Translations under genes and position numbers: made by a program
Virus record (IMG/VR): IMGVR_UViG_3300050821_001948
Location: 32,001-96,000 of that record
Reading direction: 5' to 3' (one strand)
DNA length: 64,000 bases
DNA from: a virus
The notes under the pieces: generated by a model
The model's database searches: none
The model's input: only the letters and a program-made list of their open reading frames with translations
What the model was told of the DNA's origin: nothing
Shown: piece by piece, positions 52,153 to 61,326 of the stretch
Layout: each line of letters starts with the position of its first letter
Numbering within the stretch: position 1 is the first letter of the stretch

Positions 52153-52505
52153 TCGTTACCCCTGGCTCGTAACCGCTCGTCCTTCGGTGATTGATCGGAC
52201 TCGGTTTTTAGATCGTATCGGGTCTGTCAAATCGGTAGATCACTCTCACTAGAAACGCCCGTTACTACTTAGCCAGCACCTCAGCAAAGATTCTCCTAGT
52301 TGACATCTGCTACCGATACTGTATGGTATGAAGCCTACGACGCTTACAGCAGAGCTACCTACTCTGTCCTGGCAGGATGAGCCCGCCATGGAGACGATTG
52401 ATAGGATGCTGAAGTTCCTCTCGACTATAGACAGGAACATGAAGGTCGGAGATGTTTTAGACGAGTGGCTTGACGTCCGGGTGGACCTAGGGAGACTTCT
52501 AAGCA

Positions 52506-53069
52506 ATGGCCCAGCGCGACTACCTCATGAAGCAGGTTCAGCAGGAAATTGACAAAGGTCAACTTAAGCCCGTATGGCAAGAGGTCGACACCCGAGTATT
52601 TACTATCGAGCACTTAAGTGAAGATCCGGATTTAGTCTATACATATCATGAGCCTTCCGCATTTACATGGGGTCGCGAGTTCACTAAGATCTATATAGCG
52701 CCCCCCTTGTGGGAATCACTCAGGGAAATGCCCCAGGTACAACTAGTTACAACATTTCTAGAATTCTTGGGTCCTAAAACCGGACTATGGGACAGTGGGC
52801 TATACACTGCTAACGTGGTAAAGAAGAACCCAGCTATTATTTACTCAGACCGGATAACCTCCCTTCTAAATGATATGTCCGCAGTCTTGAATGTCATTAG
52901 TACAACTAATATCCATGGCGTATCCGAAACAGATAAGGTGGGGTTAATCCTTCGCCTCCATGAAATTGAAGAAAAGTATTACGATCTTAATTCTGAATTC
53001 AATCAGTGTCGTGTCGGTTTGGATCTGATAAAAGTAAGCCTATCTGAGGAGATAAAGAGTGCCTCCTAA
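52506..53069 (+). CDS. Hypothetical protein
   Basis: 187 aa ORF in the rightward operon. Confidence 0.6.
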   Translation: MAQRDYLMKQVQQEIDKGQLKPVWQEVDTRVFTIEHLSEDPDLVYTYHEPSAFTWGREFTKIYIAPPLWESLREMPQVQLVTTFLEFLGPKTGLWDSGLYTANVVKKNPAIIYSDRITSLLNDMSAVLNVISTTNIHGVSETDKVGLILRLHEIEEKYYDLNSEFNQCRVGLDLIKVSLSEEIKSAS

Positions 53070-53359
53070 GACCCAGAAGAAATGGGTCCATAAAAAGCAC
53101 GAACACTGTTTCGTCTGGACAGATGTAGATGGGCAGTTGATAATTAGATGTGCTCACTGTGAATTTGTGAAGGTCTCCATTGATGTCAGCTTGACAACTT
53201 CGGAAGAGTTGCTAGAGTATCTAGTGAGGTGCTCTAGGTTTCAGCACAAGCAGAACAAACATGTTCCCGTCAAAGATCCTGCCGCCGTTGCGATCCGTAA
53301 ACACTTCAGCCCCGAGCGCATCGCGCGTATGAGTTATAACCCAATGGCGAGGTAGAGCT

Positions 53360-54586
53360 GTGCAGTTAGACGATCTGATTGATCCAGAAGCCCTACGTAA
53401 GAAAATAGATCTTGGCCACGTAGCTGAGCGCCACCACTGTACCCTCCCCCTAGCTATCCTAAATTACACGGCCCGATGCCAGTACGCTAACGACTGGGAT
53501 GAGGTCACCTCAAAGACTCGTGGTTTAATTTACAACACTGAGACAGGTAAGATTGTCGCTAGGCCCTTCGAGAAGTTCTTCAATCTGGGTCAGCACACTG
53601 ATGATGAGATCCCTACTGGACCCATACGTGTCTTAGAGAAGATGGACGGTTCTCTTGGGATTCTTTATGACACACCGGATGGGTTAGCTATCGCAACTCG
53701 CGGATCATTTCATAGCGAACAGGCTGAGCACGCAACTGAGGTTCTCCGATTCAACATAGAGCACTATTATGGTCCAGGCTCTAAGCTTCCGTTTAGTCCA
53801 GACCTTGAGAATCATACATATCTTTTCGAGATCATCTATCCAGCGAATCGCATCGTTGTGGATTATGGATCAAAAGATCTGTTAGTGCTTTTGGATGTTT
53901 TGGATATTGAGACAGGAATGGCAGTTCCTGAGTTCGATCTGTATGATCAGCGTTATTATTTTGGACCTCATGTTTATCGTCATGAGGGGATTAAAAGCCT
54001 TTCTGAATTGATCGACAGAGATGTGCCAAATGCCGAAGGCTATGTCGTTGTTTTTGACAATAACTTCCGTGTTAAGGTCAAGCACGCTGAGTATGTTCGG
54101 CTACATAGAATTCTAACGAACGTTACTGCTCGTAGTATTTATGAGTGTATAGCTGTAGAGGATCTAAAGAAGAGGGGCTTCGGAGCCAAGGAGATAGCAC
54201 GATCTATTAGTATTAGCGACGAAGAGGTTGAAGATTATCCCTCACTAGCGCAGCTTCTAGACGGAGTTCCGGATGAGTTCTACTCTTGGGTCCACAAGGT
54301 GGTTCATCGACTAGAAACGGCATTCTCCGAGATTGAATCTGAGGCCAAGATTGAGTTCTTGAATAATTTAGCCTTCATCGATGTCCCCCTTCCCGGCTTT
54401 GAAGAATTCGATCAGCAGCCAGTGAAGGATGGTCGAGCTGAGTTCGCTAAGGTTGCGCAGAAGAGTAAGTATGCTAGTATGATGTTCCTGATGTATGATG
54501 GTAAGCCTTACCACCAAGCTATCTGGAAGATATTGCGCCCCGAGCACGAGAAGCCATTTGGAGAAAGGACAGAGGATGTATCGTGA
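53360..54586 (+). CDS. T4 Rnl1-like RNA ligase
   Basis: RGL...IVARPFEKFFN, EKMDGSL, FEII, EGYVV, RVKVK. Confidence 0.9.
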   Translation: MQLDDLIDPEALRKKIDLGHVAERHHCTLPLAILNYTARCQYANDWDEVTSKTRGLIYNTETGKIVARPFEKFFNLGQHTDDEIPTGPIRVLEKMDGSLGILYDTPDGLAIATRGSFHSEQAEHATEVLRFNIEHYYGPGSKLPFSPDLENHTYLFEIIYPANRIVVDYGSKDLLVLLDVLDIETGMAVPEFDLYDQRYYFGPHVYRHEGIKSLSELIDRDVPNAEGYVVVFDNNFRVKVKHAEYVRLHRILTNVTARSIYECIAVEDLKKRGFGAKEIARSISISDEEVEDYPSLAQLLDGVPDEFYSWVHKVVHRLETAFSEIESEAKIEFLNNLAFIDVPLPGFEEFDQQPVKDGRAEFAKVAQKSKYASMMFLMYDGKPYHQAIWKILRPEHEKPFGERTEDVS

Positions 54587-55467
54587 GTGATCGTAGAGAT
54601 TTCTACATGACCAAGGGCCTCCCTGGCTCCGGGAAGAGCACCTGGGCAGCCGAGTACGTCCTGAATAGGGCTCCTGGTAAGGCTGTTAGGGTCAACCAAG
54701 ATTTACTTCGGATTATGTTGCACCTTGACCGCTTCGGTGGAGGTAAGACCGAGCCTCTCGTTCAGGGCGGTCGTAGCCTGTTAATCGAACTCGCTATGCA
54801 AAACAACGTTGAGGTTGTTATTAGTGACGATACCAACTTTCATCCCGATTGCGAAAAGGAATTTCGTAGGTTATGTGAGAAGCATGGTTATCAGTTCACG
54901 ATTAAGGACTTCACTGATGTTCCTGTTGAGGAATGCATCAAGCGTGACTTGAAGCGCACAGCCTCTGTTGGTGAACAGGTCATCCGCAAGATGTGGCGTC
55001 GTTACTTAGTTCCTCCGAAGGCTCCCACTAACCCGGAGGACTTCGATCCCAACCTACCGACAGCCGTTATGGTAGATATTGACGGAACTGTGGCTATTAT
55101 GAATGGTCGAGGTCCCTATGACCCAACTCTCTACCACACCGATATTCCACACAAACCCGTAGTTCAGCTAGTTAAGGACTTACACGCTGCTGGTGAGGAG
55201 ATAGTTTTCTGCTCGGGTCGAGATGATACTTACTGGCAGGAAACTCATAATTGGCTCACTACCCACCTTGGGTTCCTTCCTAATCACCTCTTCATGCGTC
55301 CGGCCGCTGATAAGCGTAAGGATGCCATCGTAAAGAAGGAACTCTACGAGGCAAAGATAAAAGGTAAGTTCAATATTCGTTTCGTTCTAGATGACCGTAA
55401 TCAGGTTGTTGAGATGTGGCGCGATGAGGGGCTTACTTGCCTCCAGGTTGCTGATGGGAATTTCTAA
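54583..55467 (+). CDS. pseT: Polynucleotide 5'-kinase/3'-phosphatase (PseT-like)
   Basis: GLPGSGKST, DDTN, DIDGT, SGR, DDRNQVV.MWR. Confidence 0.92.
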   Translation: MSDRRDFYMTKGLPGSGKSTWAAEYVLNRAPGKAVRVNQDLLRIMLHLDRFGGGKTEPLVQGGRSLLIELAMQNNVEVVISDDTNFHPDCEKEFRRLCEKHGYQFTIKDFTDVPVEECIKRDLKRTASVGEQVIRKMWRRYLVPPKAPTNPEDFDPNLPTAVMVDIDGTVAIMNGRGPYDPTLYHTDIPHKPVVQLVKDLHAAGEEIVFCSGRDDTYWQETHNWLTTHLGFLPNHLFMRPAADKRKDAIVKKELYEAKIKGKFNIRFVLDDRNQVVEMWRDEGLTCLQVADGNF

Positions 55468-55657
55468 TGACGCGAATTCCAGTAATCTATGATGAGGGTT
55501 CTTTTGCGACTCTGGTCAGGGCTGTTTGGACGCGCGAGGCGGTTATATATGGAGGAGAATGCTCACATGGAGCAGACGGTCCAGACTGCTTTAGCTGTTC
55601 AGAGGCGACAGAGCGACTGGTAATCGGTGCAGCGATGCACTTGAATGTGAAAAGATC

Positions 55658-56026
55658 GTGAGCCTAGAAGACATTCCTATTTGTGGCGCAAGTAAGGGCT
55701 CCCTGGTTTGCCTAAAGGAGCAGCATCGCGGTAGACATCTATTCAGACCAACTCCTCATGTGCCACCTCCTCGCTCTTGGTCTGGAATCGATTTTATTGA
55801 GATTGAAACAGGTCTCATTCGTAACCCAACTGCTAGAATTACTGTTGGGGATGTCGTTGGTGTCATCGGGAAACAGGGCGACTGGCGTGTCATTAGAATA
55901 GAGCAGCATACGGAGTCTATGGTTATAAACGTGGAGGTAAAGGCTCCGAATACTGGCCACTCTCATGTGTATAGGGTTGAGGATATCCGTTACCGTAGAC
56001 CAATAAAGGTGAAGCAATATGCCTGA
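55658..56026 (+). CDS. Hypothetical protein
   Basis: Coupled ORF. Confidence 0.6.
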   Translation: MSLEDIPICGASKGSLVCLKEQHRGRHLFRPTPHVPPPRSWSGIDFIEIETGLIRNPTARITVGDVVGVIGKQGDWRVIRIEQHTESMVINVEVKAPNTGHSHVYRVEDIRYRRPIKVKQYA

Positions 56027-56702
56027 CAGGGACTATATATTCAAAGGAATCACTGGGTCTGTAGCTTACGGTTTAGATACCGAGGATAGCGATGTTGACC
56101 GGAAGGGTATATTCGTTTTCCGAACTGAAGAAATATTTGGGTTGAAGACACCCGATGAGACGGTGACTAGCAGCTCTCCTGACTTTCAGGGCCACGAAAT
56201 AGGTAAGTTCTTCAGACTGGCGCTTGGATGTAACCCTAACCTTATTGAGTTGATGTTCCTTCCTCAGAATTGTGTTGAGCTGGAGGATTCAGTTTTTACT
56301 TTCATCAGGGCAAATAGAACAAAGTTCTTATCAGAGGGAGCGGTCAGAGCTGCCTACGGCGGATATGCACGTCAGCAACTATCTCGTATCGAGAGACGGA
56401 TGTCTGTTGATGGTGAAACAGCTAGTGAGACAGATAAGCGGGTCAAGAAGCATGCCAGGCATTGTTTTCGACTATTTGATCAGGGGGCTCAGTTACTTCG
56501 CGACGGGGTTATGGATGTCCGTGTAACGAAGGAAAAGCGCGAGGAGCTTTTCGCCCTTGGTGACGTTCCTTTTCCTCGTCTATCTGAAATGTTCTTGGAA
56601 AAGGATGCAGAGTTTAAGGCGATCCCGTCTAACCTACCCGATTCTCCTGATTCAGAATGGGTTAACGAACTCCTAGTCGAGATTAGGAAGATGCGTGTCT
56701 GA
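56019..56702 (+). CDS. Pol-beta superfamily nucleotidyltransferase (RlaP/YcgL-like)
   Basis: GSVAYGL.TEDSDVDRKG, NPN.IE..F, K.A.H..RL. Confidence 0.85.
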   Translation: MPDRDYIFKGITGSVAYGLDTEDSDVDRKGIFVFRTEEIFGLKTPDETVTSSSPDFQGHEIGKFFRLALGCNPNLIELMFLPQNCVELEDSVFTFIRANRTKFLSEGAVRAAYGGYARQQLSRIERRMSVDGETASETDKRVKKHARHCFRLFDQGAQLLRDGVMDVRVTKEKREELFALGDVPFPRLSEMFLEKDAEFKAIPSNLPDSPDSEWVNELLVEIRKMRV

Positions 56703-57141
56703 GCGCCCAGGTTGGGACGACTATTTCCTGGGCATAGCACACAGCGTCTCAGCTCGCGCCGATTGTACTAGACGCCGCGTAGGCGCCGTCTTAGTGAAGG
56801 ACAATAGGATTGTAGCAACTGGGTACAATGGTGCTCCCGCTGGCGATTCTGGCTGCTTAGAAGGTGCATGCCCGCGTGGTCAGCTTTCATATGAAGAGCT
56901 ACAAGAGCATTCCGACTATGAGCGCGGTCCTGGTAGGTGTATTTCAATCCATGCGGAAGTAAATACCCTTCTTTACTCATCACTTGATGATAGACGAGGT
57001 GCGGTCCTGTATATAACTGACGCACCGTGTCCAGCGTGCATGAAGGTAATTCGCGGGAGTGGTGTCGCTCGTGCCCACTGGACCGATGGCGGTAACTCGG
57101 CCGGTTGGGATCGTTCCACTGGAGAATTTTACTCCCAGTAA
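56695..57141 (+). CDS. dCMP deaminase
   Basis: RP.WDDYF, VGAV, TGYNG, HAE, PCPAC. Confidence 0.9.
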   Translation: MSERPGWDDYFLGIAHSVSARADCTRRRVGAVLVKDNRIVATGYNGAPAGDSGCLEGACPRGQLSYEELQEHSDYERGPGRCISIHAEVNTLLYSSLDDRRGAVLYITDAPCPACMKVIRGSGVARAHWTDGGNSAGWDRSTGEFYSQ

Positions 57142-57357
57142 CGACAAAACCCGCCATATAGGCGGGTCTGCCGAGATTTTGGATCACCTCCCTAGTTGGG
57201 GGAAATACCTGGTGCCTTTCGATGTATGGACTCAAGGGTCCTATAGGCTGAGGGTATATTCACAAGCAACCTCCTTTAACTAGGGCGATACTGTCAACTA
57301 CTGTATCGGGAATATGGCCAACCTATTCTAGCACAGGCTAAATGCCGATTTATTAGC

Positions 57358-57711
57358 ATGGACCTGTTTACCTTCACTCATTTCGAAGACCCGGTTGTGA
57401 AGGGTCGACCAAGATTTTCTAAATGGGGTGCTTATACCCCCAAGAAGACTCTTGATGCAGAGAAACGCCTAAGAGAGACGGCGATAGAAGCAGGTATACC
57501 AAAGTTTGAGGTCCCGGTCGAGATGTCCCTTATCTTCTACACGAAGACTAAGCGCCGATCGGATGCGAGTAACCTAGCTAAACTGGTTGAGGATGCTCTT
57601 AATAACGTGGCCTATTCAGATGATTACCTTATTGAATCTCTTCATGTTCGCGTCTTCCGCGCACTATCGGGTGAAGTTCCCCGCAGTGAGGTAATGATAA
57701 AAGAATTGTGA
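57358..57711 (+). CDS. rusA: RusA-family Holliday junction resolvase
   Basis: KGRPRF, D.SNLAK...DALN..AYSDD. Confidence 0.88.
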   Translation: MDLFTFTHFEDPVVKGRPRFSKWGAYTPKKTLDAEKRLRETAIEAGIPKFEVPVEMSLIFYTKTKRRSDASNLAKLVEDALNNVAYSDDYLIESLHVRVFRALSGEVPRSEVMIKEL

Positions 57712-57759
57712 TGGCAGTTTTAGCATCTTAATTTGACAGGCGTTATAGTATAGTACCAA

Positions 57760-58401
57760 ATGACTACGCCATCTATACCACATCCAATCCTTAAGCACCA
57801 GTCTGTTAAATTGGTGTCCGGAAAAGACACTGTTGTTCAAACTGACCTAGAAGCCGAATGGTTCAATGAAACACGCGATCTCTACTTAAAAGATCTAAAG
57901 TTTACTGAGCAAACGGACTTAGCTGACCTGGATAGAGTTCTAATTCAGGAGTTAATGGTATTCAGATGGACGCAGCAACTATCTAAGGGCGAGGACTACG
58001 AGGGAGACCCTATAGATGCTAAGCAAATGGCTATGGATCTGAGAGGGTACTCGGATCAGATCTCTAAGCTAAAAGAAAACATGGCTATCTCAAAGAAGCA
58101 GCGAGATTCTGCTGCAAACGATGGTAACTTCTCCGCATGGTTTCAGCAGACCAAGCAAAGGGCTATGAAGTTCGGAATCCACAGGCAGCAACAGTTGAAT
58201 CAGATGATTTCCTTAGGGAAAGAACTTTTCTATATCGTTGATACCTTCAAGAGATCGGATGAAGAAGAGCGCGTTAAGATGGGCTTTCCTACTGAGCACT
58301 CTATCTTTGAGTGGGTTGATGGAACCATGCGTCCCGAGTTTGATGCTCTCGATAAGTATTTCAGAGAACACGAACAAAAGCTCTGGGTTAGGGAGATGTA
58401 G
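57760..58401 (+). CDS. Hypothetical protein (terminase small subunit candidate)
   Basis: Helical protein upstream of the large terminase; function inferred from position only. Confidence 0.6.
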   Translation: MTTPSIPHPILKHQSVKLVSGKDTVVQTDLEAEWFNETRDLYLKDLKFTEQTDLADLDRVLIQELMVFRWTQQLSKGEDYEGDPIDAKQMAMDLRGYSDQISKLKENMAISKKQRDSAANDGNFSAWFQQTKQRAMKFGIHRQQQLNQMISLGKELFYIVDTFKRSDEEERVKMGFPTEHSIFEWVDGTMRPEFDALDKYFREHEQKLWVREM

Positions 58402-58952
58402 TGGCTAAAGCAAATCTTGACGCAGCCAAAGAAGCCTATCCAAGTGTTGACTTGGATGTTGAGGGCTGGAGAATATTCTTCGGTACCCCCGAGGGTTTCT
58501 CGGCAATGGGTAGGATAATTGGTGATATCTACGATGAGCTTCTTGCTATAGAAGATAAAGAAAAGGGATTTCGAAGCTTAGGGCGCCGCCCTTCTAGGGT
58601 TGAGGTTCCTCTTGATGAGGTATTCGCAAAGGTGTTTGGGGTTCCGCAGAGTAACGAACCTTTCCGGATTGCTCTAGCAAGTCTCTTAGTGGGGAAGTCC
58701 CAGAGACAATTTGCTAGTCGTGTCCCCATGGACCAGTCAACCCTTTCCAGGCTTCTGTCTGGAGCTAAGGAGCCCTCCAGGGATGTAATGGAACTCATTG
58801 CTGCGGCAGCTCGGGTCGATCCAGCTTATTTTGTTGAGTGGCGCGCGGATTTCGTTTCAGGCTTAGTAAACGATTGCCTACGTATGAGTCCAAACGTAGG
58901 AGTCAAGATTGTCAAGCACATAAGGTCAGCGAGGAAGCGAAATGAATCCTGA
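58401..58952 (+). CDS. XRE-type HTH DNA-binding protein
   Basis: SQRQFASRVPMDQSTLSRLLSG..EPS. Confidence 0.8.
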   Translation: MAKANLDAAKEAYPSVDLDVEGWRIFFGTPEGFSAMGRIIGDIYDELLAIEDKEKGFRSLGRRPSRVEVPLDEVFAKVFGVPQSNEPFRIALASLLVGKSQRQFASRVPMDQSTLSRLLSGAKEPSRDVMELIAAAARVDPAYFVEWRADFVSGLVNDCLRMSPNVGVKIVKHIRSARKRNES

Positions 58953-59102
58953 CGGGTTAAATGAGGAACAGGTTCGTGAGCTTGCTGATTACTTCGGGTG
59001 TCTTTTAGCTGAGCATTCTATTATTGAGTCAACTCGTGCAGTTGAGCAGTTATGGCCTTTGGTTCTAGACGCTCCGGAGCCATTCGGTCCATTGGTTCTG
59101 TA

Positions 59103-60800
59103 ATGGCTGTTATTACCTGTCCTGACGAGGAGGAGCTATACCTTCTTGCTATTCTTGAAGACCCAACAGGTCTTGATCTAGCTGAGTTGTTTTGGCAGGA
59201 TCATGAGGCTGATGATGGCTGTTATAGAGCTTGGGACTACCAGTGGCCCTGGTATATGTGTCAAGACCAATTCCAGGTTGACCAGGGTGGTCGATCAACG
59301 GGGAAAACCGTTGGTATCCAGATGAGGGCCTGCTCTTTTCCTTTTGTCTTCCCTGGCGGCGAGATGCTAGTTACGGCCCCAGAACTCAATCACCTTCAGC
59401 CTTTGACTGCCGCAATTGAGGGAAGGTTAATATCTTCTCGTCTCCTTAGAGAGATGCTACCCGATACGAAGGGTCGCGGTGTAATTCGTAATCCCCACTG
59501 GGAGATTAAGTTCAATAACGGAACTAGGATCATCAGTAGGCTTCCAGGACTTACGGGCAAGGGCGTTAAGGGCCAGCACGTGGTCAGGGTAGAGATGGAT
59601 GAGGCACAGAACTATCCTAATCCAGGATGGGTTGAGATCATTCCTACACTAAAGCGCAATATACCAGGTAATGCATTCTACGCCCATGGTGTACCCACTG
59701 GTGTGCGTGGACAGTACTACGAGGTTAGTCAGGATTCGTCCAACTGGACAGTTCATCGCCCTATGGGTTTCATGAGGCCATCCTGGACACCGGAGGAGCG
59801 CGCAGATCTTGTCTCTCAGTACGGTGGTTCGAGACAGAACATCGACTACAAGAGAAACGTCTATGGCGACCACGGTGATATGACTCACAGCGTCTTCGTT
59901 CTCTCTCGCTTAATTGCTTGCGTCGATATTGATGATGCCAGTTTCTACAACAACAATGTTTACACTCATATATCACTGATTTTCGAGTCAATTCCAAAGG
60001 GTCTATCTAACGAGGAGACCACTTTCTACCTCAAGGGGCTCATTGACCCCCCTGGGGAGCACAAGACCGGATGGTCCCAGAAGGTAACTAGAACTGAGGG
60101 GGGTAAATCATCCCAAGTCGAGATAGGGGCAACCAAGGGGTATTCTGCCTACTTCGGTGGCATGGACGTCGGTGTCACCAACCACCCCAGCGAGATACTA
60201 ATTTTTGGTCAGAGGGAAGACAACGATAAGGTCGATCTTCTTCTCAGGGTAAACATGCAACGAATAGATACAGATGACCAGAAGGTTGTAATTGAAAAGT
60301 GCTTCGAGTTCTATGGATCTAAACTAAAATGGTTCGCACTGGATAAGAGCGGTGTCGGGTTCCCTATTTGGAATGAGATAGCTAAGTATCCTGGTATTGG
60401 TTCAAGGATTATGGGTATCGGTTTCTCTGAGAAGCGTATTGTTGCTTTTGAAGACCGAGAAATGAAGCCGGGGGAAACCTGGGAAGATCTTGGAATCCAG
60501 CGAAGTGTTATCGAACAGGCAACTGACTGGTTAAGAAATAACTTGGTTGACTCGAAGCGCCTATTGCTTCCTAATGATAACGAGTTGATTATGGAATTCC
60601 AGGGACAGTCTTACACCACAGTTAAGGATACTGGTGACCCATATGGTCGAAAGAGGATCTTCAGTGGTGGGAGTTTTCATACACTGGACGCGGCGAAAAT
60701 GTTTGCATGTTCCCTATTCTTACCTCCAATCGAAGAAAGGTTAGCAGCAGTTAAACCCGCTGAACCAATTCTGGACGTATTTATTGGTGGCATGATGTAA
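59103..60800 (+). CDS. Terminase large subunit
   Basis: Q-motif, GRSTGKT, MDEA, GMDVG, DKSGVG, HTLDA. Confidence 0.9.
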   Translation: MAVITCPDEEELYLLAILEDPTGLDLAELFWQDHEADDGCYRAWDYQWPWYMCQDQFQVDQGGRSTGKTVGIQMRACSFPFVFPGGEMLVTAPELNHLQPLTAAIEGRLISSRLLREMLPDTKGRGVIRNPHWEIKFNNGTRIISRLPGLTGKGVKGQHVVRVEMDEAQNYPNPGWVEIIPTLKRNIPGNAFYAHGVPTGVRGQYYEVSQDSSNWTVHRPMGFMRPSWTPEERADLVSQYGGSRQNIDYKRNVYGDHGDMTHSVFVLSRLIACVDIDDASFYNNNVYTHISLIFESIPKGLSNEETTFYLKGLIDPPGEHKTGWSQKVTRTEGGKSSQVEIGATKGYSAYFGGMDVGVTNHPSEILIFGQREDNDKVDLLLRVNMQRIDTDDQKVVIEKCFEFYGSKLKWFALDKSGVGFPIWNEIAKYPGIGSRIMGIGFSEKRIVAFEDREMKPGETWEDLGIQRSVIEQATDWLRNNLVDSKRLLLPNDNELIMEFQGQSYTTVKDTGDPYGRKRIFSGGSFHTLDAAKMFACSLFLPPIEERLAAVKPAEPILDVFIGGMM

Positions 60801-60915
60801 TGTCGTTTCCCCATATTTACGTCTATGTGAGATAATGATATCTGGCTTATTTTTGTCCAGAATCTTGGTTTTTGGTTTCATTTTGCCGAACTTATAGATA
60901 GAGCGGAGGCTAGTA

Positions 60916-61311
60916 ATGGTAGTGTCAGTACTCGCAGAGGATAGAAGTGATCCAGATTCAATCGCCTATATCCCTGATTTAGTCCCAGACATTGCTTCAA
61001 CGCTAGCTGAGGGTGAGCTTATAGATAAGCAGCACGTAGAGGAAGAGATTGATCTGATCCTTAGAACACTTCGCGAGATGTGGAATATGGAGCCGGATCA
61101 GGTTATGAGAATGTCCTCTGCTTTAAGTTCAAGGGCAACAGAATTAGCTGTTCATCTTCATCGTGCTGAGAACGCTAAAGGTCCAGGTAGGCTTCAGTGG
61201 AAGCAGATTAGGACCTTGCAGATCGGCCCCGTTATTGCGGAACTTGATCGTCAGTTCCGAGTGGCTAGTCGAATTGTTGAATTGAGAAGGCAAGATCTTG
61301 CTAGCCTATAG
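60916..61311 (+). CDS. Hypothetical protein between terminase and portal
   Basis: GGAGG RBS. Confidence 0.7.
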   Translation: MVVSVLAEDRSDPDSIAYIPDLVPDIASTLAEGELIDKQHVEEEIDLILRTLREMWNMEPDQVMRMSSALSSRATELAVHLHRAENAKGPGRLQWKQIRTLQIGPVIAELDRQFRVASRIVELRRQDLASL

Positions 61312-61326
61312 AGTAGAGGTTCTTAG

